Origin: Eledone cirrhosa
Taxonomy: Eukaryota
Direction: 5' to 3'
Length of the DNA: 64,000 nt
NCBI GenBank assembly: GCA_964016885.1
Contig: OZ024751.1
Location: 24,118,001-24,182,000 of the forward strand
A program made the position numbers and the translations under genes. How positions within the stretch are numbered: position 1 is the first letter of the stretch; every line of letters starts with the position of its first letter. The notes under the pieces are model-generated. The model was given only the letters and a program-made list of their open reading frames with translations, searched no databases and was not told the DNA's origin. Positions 46,565 to 58,676 of this stretch are shown one piece after another.

Positions 46565-47146
46565 GGAGAAAGAACAAGAGGGAGAGATAAGAAGATTTTT
46601 TTTTTCAAGGATAATTATTTTATTAAAAGTAATTCATATTTCTGTACTTTGGGTAAATATTTTCAATGTCTCGAACAATTACTTACAGACATTTTGGACA
46701 TTATAATTTTCATCACTATCATGCGAATATCATTAGTAAACCAATATGTTTAGCCGTGCACAATTATATTTCTTTTTCACCAATTATTCTTTCGTGAAAA
46801 AACCTATTTATTCATTTATTGTAAACATTACATCTTTCTCATCTCTATTTTACGATCAATATGGCTTCTATCTCTAGGGTAACATTTCAGAACCAATTTT
46901 CCTTTAACATCCTAATCCATTCACAATCAGGTGGATTTTTCTTTTCTTTTTATTATTAATATCCTATTCTCCTAACATTTCGCATTTTGATATCTGCATA
47001 CAAAAATATATTTTGTAACGTGCATCTTCCTATATTGTGATATAATGTGGAAAATAAATTCTGTTCAGGGCATTTTTATTCATTACCCATTAACTGCTAG
47101 CGATTGCCTCAAGCATATGCATGTATTATATTATGTATGTGTGTAA

Positions 47147-47332
47147 AGCGGTGAATTGGCAGTATTGACTGTGGGTTGGACGCCATGCTTTCTAGCATAG
47201 TTACGTCCCTTTACGGTCTGAGTTCAAATCCCGCCGAGGTTAACTTTGCCTTTCATCCCTATGGAGTCGATAAAATAAAGTACCGGTAATGTACTGGGTA
47301 ACTGCTGGCCTTGTGCCAAAGTAGAAACAATT
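47147..47332 (+). mobile_element. SINE family A, short subfamily
   Basis: Intact head and core. Confidence 0.9.
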
Positions 47333-47608
47333 ATATTATATGTGTGAGTATCTATATATATATATATAACAATATATTTAGAAACACACAGATACATGCG
47401 GACACACACATATACATGAATGCATCCGCACCCAACCGTGAGTTAAGGGTGCCAACTTCACCGATGTTGCTCAATGAATGACTGGGACAGACCAATCCGG
47501 TTGAACTAGACTGAACCAGTATCAGAGTTAAAAATACATTATGAAGAGAGAAGAAACATTTAGGTATAATTAGTAATAAAATGTATCATACCTAAACTGC
47601 TCCTAGAT

Positions 47609-47698
47609 TCCTCGACTACGTAGTTTCGTGGCATAAACAAAAACAATACATCATAAAGATATAGAGTCCTTGCGAGGTCTGCCGACTTATCAAGAGGA
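47609..47698 (-). ncRNA. Hammerhead ribozyme with U3:A8 core
   Basis: Reverse complement reads TCCTC-TTGATAA-gtcggca...tgccac-GAAAC TACGTA GTC-GAGGA. Confidence 0.72.
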
Positions 47699-47924
47699 TA
47701 CCTCAATTTACTAGTCTCAAGAACGCGTCTACACGACGTGAGAAAGAATCCCAAAAGGCGGAGGGGGAGATAGTCACGCGATATAACGGTCGAGAAACAG
47801 AGCTAAGCCTCTTATACACAAATATAGGTTTCTTATTCATTAACCATGTATTACTAGGATTGCCTCAAGCATACATATGTATTATATATATATATATATT
47901 TGTTTGTGTGTGTATGTGTGTGTG

Positions 47925-47972
<48 letters not shown>

Positions 47973-48346
47973 CATATATATATATACACATGTATATATA
48001 TATATATTTACACATATATATAAATATAAATCTATACATATATATATATGCATACATATGTATGTATCTATGCATATATGTAAATATGTATATACACATA
48101 CATATATATATGTATATATATATATATATATATTTATACACATTCATATATACATGTATATATGTGTATATACATATGTGTATATATATATATATATATA
48201 TACATGTGTACATATATATATATAAATATGTACACACACACACAGAAATATATATATATATATATAATACATACGTATGCTTGAGGCAATCGCTAGCAAT
48301 AAAGGGTAAATTAATAAAAAACCTATATGTGTGTATGTATATATAT

Positions 48347-48883
48347 GAGAAAAACCACAGACCCTCCATCTCAACTCTACTTTTGAAAAGCAGAAGAACT
48401 GCGAAAGCGGTAAAGGAACCAAATAAATATATATATATATTTTTTAATAAGACTCCAGTTGCATTTTCGATTTCAGCTTTTTTTCTTTATACTTTCACTC
48501 GTGTAGTACACCTCGGTTATTTTTCATTTTGTAAAAAAAAACCTCACTTTCTAATATATATATATATATATATTAGAAAGTGAGGTTTTTTTTACAAAAT
48601 GAAAAATAACCGAGGTGTCCTACACGAGTGGAAGTATAAAGAAAAAGGGATGAAATCGAAAATGCAACTGAAGTCTTATTTTTTTAAAAAATATATATAT
48701 TTATTTGGTTCCTTTACCGGTTTTGCAGTTCACATCTCAGATGTGAGAAAAACCACAGACCCTCCACCTCAACTCACCTTTTGAAAAGCAGAAGAACTGC
48801 GAAACCGGTAAAGGAACCAAATAAATATATATATTTTTTTTAAAAATAAGACTTCAGTTGCATTTTCGATTTCATCCCTTTTT

Positions 48884-48890
<7 letters not shown>
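48347..48890. mobile_element. Family-3 forward/reverse/forward cluster; HHR variants at about 48377-48417 and 48777-48814
   Basis: CCTT-TTGAAAA-GCAG aagaa CTGC-GAAACCGGTA-AAGG at 48777-48814. Confidence 0.8.
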
Positions 48891-48936
<46 letters not shown>

Positions 48937-49262
48937 CAACAGGCTCTTCAATAGCCTATTGATCATATGAAGAAGTATACAAAGGAACGAAGGTACACTA
49001 TGTTTCCAGCTATTCAATAATGATAAATAATATTTTAATGCCTTAGAAAACATCTAGAATAAAAAACAAACCAGAACAATGCTCTCTGATGCTTTAAAGA
49101 AACGAATAAATAATGGCGGAACGAAATAGAAGGTGAACGAAATCTTTTCAGAATCTAAAACTTCCTCCCAAAGATAAAATATTTCTAAATCTAAAATATT
49201 GACACCCTTGCATAATTCATTAATTCACAATTGCTTTTGCTACAACAACAACAACAACAACA

Positions 49263-49357
<95 letters not shown>

Positions 49358-49978
49358 GACTGTGGCTCACATTGTATCCGAGTGTAAACACCTAGCCCAG
49401 ACTCACTATAAAGGCTGGAGACATGATGTGATGGGCAGGGTGATCCACTGGCACCTATGCAAAGTAAACAATTTACCACATTCTGAGAAGTGGTATGAGC
49501 ATAAGCCAGAGTCGGTGATAGAAAACGATCAGGTGAAGGTGCTGTGGGATTTTAGGATACAGACGGACAAGAAACTGGAACACAATAGACCTGACCTGGT
49601 GGTTGTGGACAAAGAAAAAAGATCGTGCCTGATTGTGGATGTGGCCTGCCCATTCGACACGAGAGTGCAAGAAAAGGAGAGGGTTAAAATTAACCGATAC
49701 CAGGACTTAAAGTGAGAGGTAAAAAGGATTTGGAACTGCCATGAAGTCAAAGTGGTCCCGATTGTCATAGGCGCACTAGGTACTATCTCAAAAGGTTTCC
49801 AGGGATGGTTAAAGAAAATTGGCCCCGCCCCGCTTTTTGGAACACTTCAAAAGGCATGCTTGCTGGGAACAGCAAGAACCCTCCGATACGTCCTGAATAT
49901 CTGAGGCTGCAGGTAGTGGCTTCATATTCATTTCAACAAACTTTCCAGTTAACTAACATCAATGACTGAGACTCAAAG
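49358..49978 (+). mobile_element. Second, more truncated copy of the R4/Dong LINE
   Basis: Highly similar to 27760-28380; preceded and followed by (TAA)n. Confidence 0.92.
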
Positions 49979-50001
49979 AACAATAATAATAACAATAATA
50001 T

Positions 50002-50091
50002 CGTAAATCCCAGGAAACCCGCGTATAGGAGAAATAAAAAAGATTGTACTAATGGGAACTGCCTATATACTAAGGAAGATTCCGTCAATAT
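50002..50091 (+). mobile_element. 3' tip of a different R4/Dong-like family
   Basis: IPGNPRIGEIKKIVLMGTAYILRKIPSI* parallels LQKACLLGTARTLRYVLNI*. Confidence 0.65.
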
Positions 50092-50599
50092 AAGTACATC
50101 ACAAGTCTAAGCACCTAAAGATGCATGTGTGTGTATGTAAAAAATATTTGTTAACTTTAATAAAAGAGCTGTAAGAAATTATAAAATTTCACCTCCTATA
50201 AATTGACATTTCTACGAAACATCATTGGGATTCATTGTGTATATTTTCTGTTTTCTTCTATTAATTTCTATCATTATATTTATTCAGCCTTGCTTCCTTG
50301 CGCTTAATAAATTAGAAGACGTCAAGACATTTACGTTTACCCATATTAATCAACATATACGCTCTGGTTATCTTGCCAAGTTTCTTTCCAAGACATTGTG
50401 GGAACATGAAGAAAAATCTACTGACACTATCATTAATCATGTACATCTGTGTGTAAGCAGTTATAGAAAGAAAGCAAAACACACGCATGGTAAAGCAGTA
50501 TCTTGATAAAATATGTATGAAGTTGTTAAAGAGAATAGCATATTACTTAACATAAAGTAAGATGGCAGATTCAACATAAAATATAAACATAAATGTGGT

Positions 50600-50825
50600 T
50601 TGGGTGTGGTGAGTTCGATCCTTGGAGAGTGTAGCTCACTATGCTATTAAGCAAAATTTCACATCATTTCACATTGCAACAGTATAAGCAGCTGGAACTC
50701 ATTTTCAGCTGAGTATACTTGAGAAACGTGAAATGAAGTGTTTTGCTCAAGAACACAACACAGGAATCGAACCCACGACATTATGATCGTAAGTCCAAAA
50801 CACTTACCACAAGACCACTCGCTTT
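50600..50825. mobile_element. Two SINE family B heads in opposite orientation
   Basis: gagttcgatcc...agcaaaat (+) and cagctgagt...ttgctcaagaacacaac...ggaatcgaaccc (-). Confidence 0.6.
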
Positions 50826-51711
50826 CACTATGCTGTATAAAGGAGGGAGAGATTTATTGAATTCATTCCAGTATATTCTAGTTTACTTATCCGCTGAAGT
50901 AGAATAAACCGGAAAGACAATTCCAGTGTGAAATCAACTTTGCACACAGAAAGAGGTTTTAAATCTTTGTCACTCCATCGAATTCATGAATATTTGCAAT
51001 GTTGCAAAAGTTTTACCAATTTTTTTCTTTTTTTTTTTTCTCTTTCGCTCAAAAAAGACATAAGTACTTTAGTAAAGAACAATGGTACACATACTGAAAT
51101 AACCCATACGCCCCTAAACTATTTGATACGTTGCATCGCATTCAATATATCTTCTAAACGCTTTCGGTGGGAAAATGATTTGCATAATTTGAATGAAAGT
51201 AAAAGAAAATAGAAACTGAAAGGAAACGAAAGCAAATAATATAAAGATTATAATTTTATTCAATTCAGAATCTATAGGTTTTCTAGGAGCTATATAACAA
51301 GTTTTACACTTAAAATTCTGTATCTACTTGTCACAACACAACTTGTAACATTTTGTAGAATTATTCTCAATTTTTATCTTCTGTTCTAGTTTATTGATTT
51401 TGTCAAGTTCATGGCGGTTACTTGCTTCCAATTCTTTTATTTGTCTTTGTTTCTTAGTAAATTTTATATTTACGTCAACCTTTTATTGTAATGTACTGAA
51501 ATAGACTTAATGTAGCCAAAATACCATGAACACGTTTTTTTTATTATTTCGCTACATAATAACAGAAATATAGTCGACACAGTGCAGATAACTATAAGTA
51601 TAGTTGTGTGCATCATAACAGGAATATATCTCGCCACGGTGCGAGTAACTATAAAAACAGTTGGCTTAGGGTTAGGGAGAATCATGGTATACATACGTTT
51701 TGCCTTTTTAT

Positions 51712-52575
51712 ACAAACATGCGTGTTGTTGTTTGACTTGTGTCGGTCCCGAGGGACCCGCGTACCAGTTGTTTGATCAGTGAAACAGTCTGCTCGTGAAA
51801 TTAGCGCGAAGGTGACTGAGCATTCTGCAGACACATCTACGACTGAAGTCAAGGAGAAGCTTCCTCAGCCATGTACAGCCCCTAACAACATCTTAGGAAA
51901 AACTAGACTACAGCTATGGGCTAGAAAGCTAGAGAATGACTCCCCTCCTATTGACATGGGAATCCCCCTTTCTGAAGCCCTCCCTCCTGGCTCAGAAGCA
52001 CCATGGGTCCAGTGGAAGACACTCAACCGCCTGAGAACAGGAATGGGGCGATCAAAAGGTGCTATGGCCAGATGGGGCTACAAGACCGGGACCCAACCAT
52101 CTGTGAATGCGGAGAGGAGGACCATACGATGCAGCACTGCCTTGTTTGCCCTCTACTACCCAACCAGTGCAGCTTAAAAGATCTTGCAGAATTTAATAAT
52201 AATGCAAAGGACTGTGTAAAGAAATGGGAACTGTCATATAACCACATGCTTCGAAGATACGAAAAGTAGAAGAATGCAAACATGCTTGTCGTTGTTTGAC
52301 CCGCGCACCAGTTGTTTGATCAGTGAAACAGTCTGCCCGTGAAATTAGCGCGAATGTGACTGAGCATTCTGCAGAGACATCTACCTATAACGTAATTTTC
52401 AGGCGCGTGGATCATAACAATATTAACTCTTTCAATTACAGGTACGATTTATTCTTGCCATCTGAGTCGTCTGGAGTAATGTTAAACTCACTATTCTGCT
52501 CAAGATGACAATGCACAAGCTGGAATCGAAACCAGAACGTTACAATCATTAGCCTAACATACTAACCACTAAGCA
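51712..52575 (-). mobile_element. SINE family B interrupted by a LINE fragment, with a duplicated segment
   Basis: 51712-51840 recurs at 52277-52385. Confidence 0.7.
51841..52275 (+). mobile_element. Vingi/Ingi-like LINE 3' end
   Basis: LPPGSEAPWVQWKTLNRLRTGMGRS..MARWGY / ICECGEEDHTMQHCLVCP (CCHC), frameshifted. Confidence 0.75.
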
Positions 52576-52619
52576 TATTTAGGAAACACTGAAACTTCAT
52601 AATCAGTTTTAAAACTAAA

Positions 52620-52850
52620 CAGGCCGGGCTTAGTGGTTATGTTACTCGGCTCACGTATGTGAGGTCGTTTGTTCGAGGTCTTCCCTGTACGTTGGGTCTC
52701 TGAACAGGACGCTTTGCTTCCCGTTACTGTAGTCGACCCATCTGGAATAAATGAATTCTACCTATGATACAAAGGTCCAGCTTTGTCACACACAGTGTCA
52801 TACTGCATGTCACTGAGAACTAAGTACTGTAAATATGACTCAACCCAACA
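52620..52850 (+). mobile_element. SINE family B, degraded
   Basis: ggcttagtggtta tRNA-like head; ccagctttgtcacacacagtgtca...ctgagaacta body. Confidence 0.6.
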
Positions 52851-53899
52851 TAAGGTAGACTGCTCTCGTCAATAGAATGGGAAAACACTTTTTATTCTTT
52901 CTGTGCGGCCCGGTACGAAACGATCCACGATCAAATGGCTGCGAACCGCTGAACTAGTAGACTGGACATCAAAACTGACTGAGATCTAATTCGTACACGC
53001 AGGAAAGACAAAATATAAATATATAAAAATAAAATACAGGAAAGATTTCTGTTAGTTATGCCATGTCATGCGATGAAACCTAATCACGTTTGACTTGGTT
53101 TGACTAAACTAACGTATTATGGATATGTAGTACTGTCCCTAGCATTATTCCTGTGCAATTTATAATATTAAAAGCATTAAATACACATAATTTGATTGTA
53201 ACTTTTTCATTAAACAAAATGGTTGACGAGAGATTCTTATTAATTAGTATTTAATTTAATTACAGAAATCCACCAAGTAACAAAAACAAACACGTAGCCA
53301 CTTTTACGGATAAATAAATAATTTTATAGTTCATTGAAGTCAAATGGAAGATTAGTTTCCATCAGACCAGTCTCTGTGGCATCTTGCGTGCTTGAGCAAG
53401 ACATTTTTCTTCACGTTTCTCGAGTTCACCTGACTGGAAAATATGAGTCGTATCTGTAACTTAAGGGACCCGCTTTGTTACCCACTGAGACACATTAAAT
53501 CTACCCGAGAACTTCGGTAAGACCATATGTATATATGGAATGCACAATCACACACGTCAATTTTACGAGCAGGCTGTTCAATTGTTTGAACGGAATCGAC
53601 GGAGGTCCGACATACACGGAGTGGCTATCAGCAATATCTAATGTTTTCTTGACGTTTTGTGTGTTTTTTTTAGAGAAAGTCAATTCGAGGAGGTATAGTT
53701 GAACCCTGAAATCACCCATCAATATCATTCCAACTTTTGCATATTTTACCACGTATGGTTTCTAGTCCAGTCTCAACGCGTAGAAACTTGGACAAGTGTT
53801 TTTTTATACTAAATTATGCTTGACTAGTGCCTTGTCAAGGGAATCTGATATACGGAAACGTGGAAGACTGTCGTTTATATCCTTTTAATAGCAATTAAG

Positions 53900-54085
53900 T
53901 TTAAACTTTGATGTGTCATTATATGGCAACAGCCTTTCGGTCTCGCGTGGCTTTTTCTCCAAACGGTGTGCTGGCGTCTTTCCGATTTTGCATAGGAAAT
54001 CGCAGTGCAGGGGCCAATGATACTAGAGGTGTCGACGGCGAGCGGTACGAAAAGGAAGCTTTCGTTATGGCCTCGGTATTTGTTT
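53900..54085 (-). mobile_element. CRE-like REL LINE relic
   Basis: KYRGHNESFLFVPLAVDTSSIIGP resembles KY...FVPxAVETxGxxGP. Confidence 0.55.
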
Positions 54086-54660
54086 AAAATTATTATTTTT
54101 AAAACTATTTCCAATGTTCTCTTCCTTGAAGCTGAACATCTACGTAGGATCTTTTTTTATTGTTCATCAAAATGATAATCCGGATATAATTTATTCTATC
54201 TGGGTACAATTTATTCTATATTTCTTCCATGCCTATTCATCATTTTTTTTTTTTTATAAACTGCTGAAGCCAGCTAAGTTTGATGGATGTATCAGTGATA
54301 TTCTTTTATTGTTATTTTTGATATTTTCGCCTCTGTGGTGTATAGGATTTCGCAAACGTTGAAATGCCAGGACAAAAGAAGATTGCTATTAGAATGATAG
54401 GTGAACTCTTTCATTTTAGAAATACGATATCATTTCTTTATATATTATTTCTTAACAATATATTTACGGTGCTAACGTTTAGGAAGTTTATATCGAATAC
54501 TACTTAGCAGCAGAATGACAAAAGCTGAGTATCGACGTAAAAATCATTTTAGTAGAAGACCATCAAATCTGCCATGAGGTCAAGCTAACCACGTATATGT
54601 TTACTTATCTGTAATTTGTGGAAAATATTTAGGCCAGCCCTTTAACAGATCAGAGATGCA

Positions 54661-54746
<86 letters not shown>

Positions 54747-54812
54747 CTATTTCTGGTCCAGAAATAGCCGTCGACATGGCTTGATCTCTGCCGTCGAGAT
54801 CTTGAACATTTT

Positions 54813-54865
<53 letters not shown>

Positions 54866-54947
54866 TGAGAAAGAGACAGACAGGGTGAGATTTATAGAAA
54901 GAGCTATGTGAAAACATTTTAGACGAAAATATTCAATATGACATATA

Positions 54948-55120
54948 CAATTGTTTCTACTTTTGGCACAAGGCCAGCAATTATACCAGTGCATTACTGG
55001 TACTTTATTTTAGCAAACCCGTAAGGATGAAAGGCAAAGTTAACCTCGGCGGGATTTGAACTCAGATCATAAAGGGACGTAACTCTAAGCGTCCGACCTT
55101 TTACCGATATTGCCAATCCA
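54948..55120 (-). mobile_element. SINE family A, short subfamily
   Basis: Reverse complement of the body. Confidence 0.85.
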
Positions 55121-55514
55121 ACATATACATACAAGTCTTAACTCGCACATATTTTCAACTTAGATGTTTCTATTGGTTCTTCCATGGCTTCACGCCGGTT
55201 AAATAATTCGTTTTTACTTTTTATTCTTTGTTCAATAGAATATATTTTATTTAGGAATGTGTATGTAATTATTAACAAACAGAAATACTGAAATTCTTTT
55301 CTTTTGTCTTTGATATTATTACATTTTATTTAAATCTGTTAAAATGTTGTAGTCAATGTAGTTACTACTCTGAATAATTTCATTCAACTGACAATGAATA
55401 CAGCACTAATTACATATGAAGACAATATTAATGAACACTTATGGCCTTTCTACAATATCATATCATATGACAATCCTTTCTATTGTAATAAATGAAGTGT
55501 ATTATCATTACATT

Positions 55515-56152
55515 AAGGCGTTGGATTGGCAGTTTCGGTAAAGGGTTGGACGCCATGCTTTCCAGCATAGTTACGTCCCTTTACGGTCTGAGTTCAAATC
55601 CCGCCGAGGTTAACTTTGCCTTTCATCCTTACGGGGTCGATAAAATAAAGTACCAGTAATGCACTTGTACCAAAAGTAGAAACAATTATTTTAAGTTGAT
55701 CTATGACGGAGGATTGGCAGTATCGGTTGAGCGTTGAACACCCTGCTTCACAAAGGTTGATTGCCTTTTACCTTCTGGGTTCAAATTACGTCAAAGTTAG
55801 CTTTGCCTTTCATCCTTACCAGATCGATGAAATAAAGGATCAATCAGTCATTGGGGTCGATTTAATCGACTCCCCCCCCCCCCATTCAAATTAGTGGCTC
55901 CGTGCCTCAAGTAGGAACAATTATTATATATATCCTAGGGTGATGGATTGGCAGTATCGCTAGATCGTCGGACACTCTGCTTCTCAAACAGTCACGGCCA
56001 TTTTTGTTCTAAATTCAAATCACGCCGAGGTTAGCTTTGCCTTTCATCCTTACGGGATCGATAAAATATGTACCAGTCACGTATTGGAGTCGACTTAATC
56101 GACTTTTCCCCTCCGTCAAAATTGTTGGCCTTGTGCCTAAATCAGAAATCGT
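55515..56152 (+). mobile_element. Three head-to-tail SINE family A copies
   Basis: About 55515-55690, 55705-55925 and 55940-56152. Confidence 0.85.
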
Positions 56153-56580
56153 TATAAGGTGTTGTAAATATGTAGATTTTTGTTTGACCAGATAAGAAAA
56201 ATTTACAAAATAGTTTTATATTTCAAATAGTGATTCTTTCATTTTGGTCTTTTAATTATTTTTCATCATTCACTGGAAATGATCCAATAGAAATATAAGT
56301 TTAAAGGCCAAGTGAGAGGAAAAGCAGTTAAAGTAAATCAAAAATGAATATATAAATTCTCTTTTGTTACGAGGTATTCATATCCCACTCACTATAGTAC
56401 AATAGACGTGATGAGGAAATAGAAAAGATAGGAACGTAGCCTGATGTTCCCTTGTTGCCCAGCAACACAGAAGGAATGATTAACATTCTGTGTAAAGTAG
56501 GATGTCTGAAAATAGAATCTCCGCCCCAAAATATTCATTTTGTTTCGGTTAAATATGGAGTATTGTAATTCTGGAGTTTC

Positions 56581-56719
<139 letters not shown>

Positions 56720-56815
56720 AGTGTGTATGTATACGTACATACATATATGTATACAGACGTACAGTAGCATGCACATATATACATATGTATGTGTACCTGT
56801 ATGTATATATGTATA

Positions 56816-56847
<32 letters not shown>

Positions 56848-56975
56848 GATGTATATATATGCATGCTACTGTACGTCTGTATACATATATGTATGTACGT
56901 ATACATACATACTTACATTTAAGTAAGTGCCATACTAAGTGTGAGAAATGAAATTTCGTTTTCATTTTATTTCAA

Positions 56976-57013
<38 letters not shown>

Positions 57014-57018
<5 letters not shown>

Positions 57019-57792
57019 GGAAAAAATGAAACGAAATTTCATTTCTCACTCTTAGTACGGCTGTTACTTAAATATAAGTATGTACACTTACATACATATA
57101 TGTATACAGACGCACAGTAGTATGTATATACATATACATACAAGCACACATATATATATGTACGTATGGATTCAGCGAACATTTATTATAATGCTCGGTG
57201 TGTTTGTAAACAAACATCCCGTATTAAGCCGTATTACAAACACACCGAGTATTATAATAAATGTTCGGTGAATCCATACGTATATATATATATATATGTG
57301 TGCATGTATGTATATATATATACATACTACTGTGCGTCTGTATACATATATATATGTACGTGTGCATACTTATATTTAAGTAACAGCCGTACTAAGAGTG
57401 AGAAATGAAATTTCGTTTCATTTTTTCCGTTTATCGTTTTCGGTGCACCCGGCCGATTAACCCACTCGATATGCAAATTGGGCTACTCAGCCGTTAATAT
57501 GCATAAGGTAAGTATATACGTTCAACAATCTGGCAGGAAGGTATACGTTGCTGACGATAGCTAATAAGCTTGAAACTATTACAGCGTTCCTTTGTCAGTG
57601 TTGAACAAACGAGCAACGAGGGTTGCTAGACACTACGGCTTAATACGGGATGTTTGTTTACAAACACACCGAGCATTATAAGAAATGTTCGGTGAATCCA
57701 TACGTACATATATATATGTGTGCATGTATGTATATATATACATACTACTGTGCGTCTGTACATATATATGTATGTACGTGTACATACTTATA
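57014..57792. mobile_element. Inverted plus partial tandem repeat (period about 424 nt) with HHR
   Basis: 57014-57209 inverted to 57234-57432; ttacaaacacaccgag recurs at 57234 and 57658. Confidence 0.8.
57545..57587 (+). ncRNA. Minimal hammerhead ribozyme (stem III mutated ACTAGT>ACTATT)
   Basis: ACGTTG-CTGACGA-tAGCT aata AGCTt-GAAAC TA TTA-CAGCGT; the paralogue at 30606 has ACTAGTA. Confidence 0.7.
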
Positions 57793-57825
<33 letters not shown>

Positions 57826-58043
57826 GTACATATATATATATATATATTTCGTTTCTGAATTTGTTTAGCAAGATTCTTTACCTGAAAACGTGTGTTGAAA
57901 CCGATATTGTTATACTTTGGGAGGGTCATGTTGCCAATAAGAAACACACGCACCAGTTGCTTTCACTTCAATTTATTATAAATTAAATTTATAAATTTCC
58001 GGTTGGTTGGTTAGTTCCACAACCAGACGATTGTTCATATATT

Positions 58044-58086
58044 GTCAAAGTTCTTTCGTCACACATTCTGTTACCTCTTCAGTGAC
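58044..58086 (-). ncRNA. Hammerhead ribozyme family 5
   Basis: Reverse complement reads GTCA-CTGAAGA-g-GTAACA gaatg TGTGAC-GAAAG AA CTT-TGAC. Confidence 0.7.
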
Positions 58087-58633
58087 TGGGGATTCTTTTC
58101 TTTGTTTTTGTGCCTCTCCTTTGTTCTGTCCTACGCCATCTTGTTTTTGTGTGTGTTGTGTGCTTAGTTTGCGCATGTGTTACATCCGGGTGTCTGTGTG
58201 AGTTTATATTTGTTTATTTATTTGTTTATTTATATGTTAGTGGTTGGTTGTTTGTTCTATGTGTGTGTGTGTTTTCATTTTGTCCTTAATTGTAAGTTGT
58301 GATGTTGCTATTCCATTAATGTTTTCTATTTAATTTTGGTTGGCGTTCATTTATGTTTATTGCCTTTGTGGTTTGTCTAAACATTGCGTCTTTTCTGTGT
58401 GTAGATTCTATTTTTATTTCTAACTTACAATTAAGGACAAAATGAAAACACACACACATATAGAACTAACAACAAACCTCTAACATGTAAATAAACAAAT
58501 AAATAAACAAATATAAACACACACAGACACCCGGATGTAACACATGCGCAAACTAAGCACACAGCACACACAAAAACAAGATGGCGTAGGACAGAACAAA
58601 GAAGAGGCACAAAAACAAAGAAAAGGATCCCCA

Positions 58634-58676
58634 GTCACTGAAGAGGTCACAGAATGTGTGATGAAAGAACTTTGAC
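58634..58676 (+). ncRNA. Hammerhead ribozyme family 5
   Basis: GTCA-CTGAAGA-g-GTCACA gaatg TGTGAT-GAAAG AA CTT-TGAC. Confidence 0.72.

Noticed and set aside
51667-51678. TTAGGG x2 as interstitial telomere
   Set aside because: Only two units, apparently within a dispersed repeat
57880-57910. ctgaaaacgtgtgttgaaaccgata as an HHR in the family-5 tail
   Set aside because: C3 with A8 is non-compensatory, there is no stem I, and it is antisense to the family's real HHR
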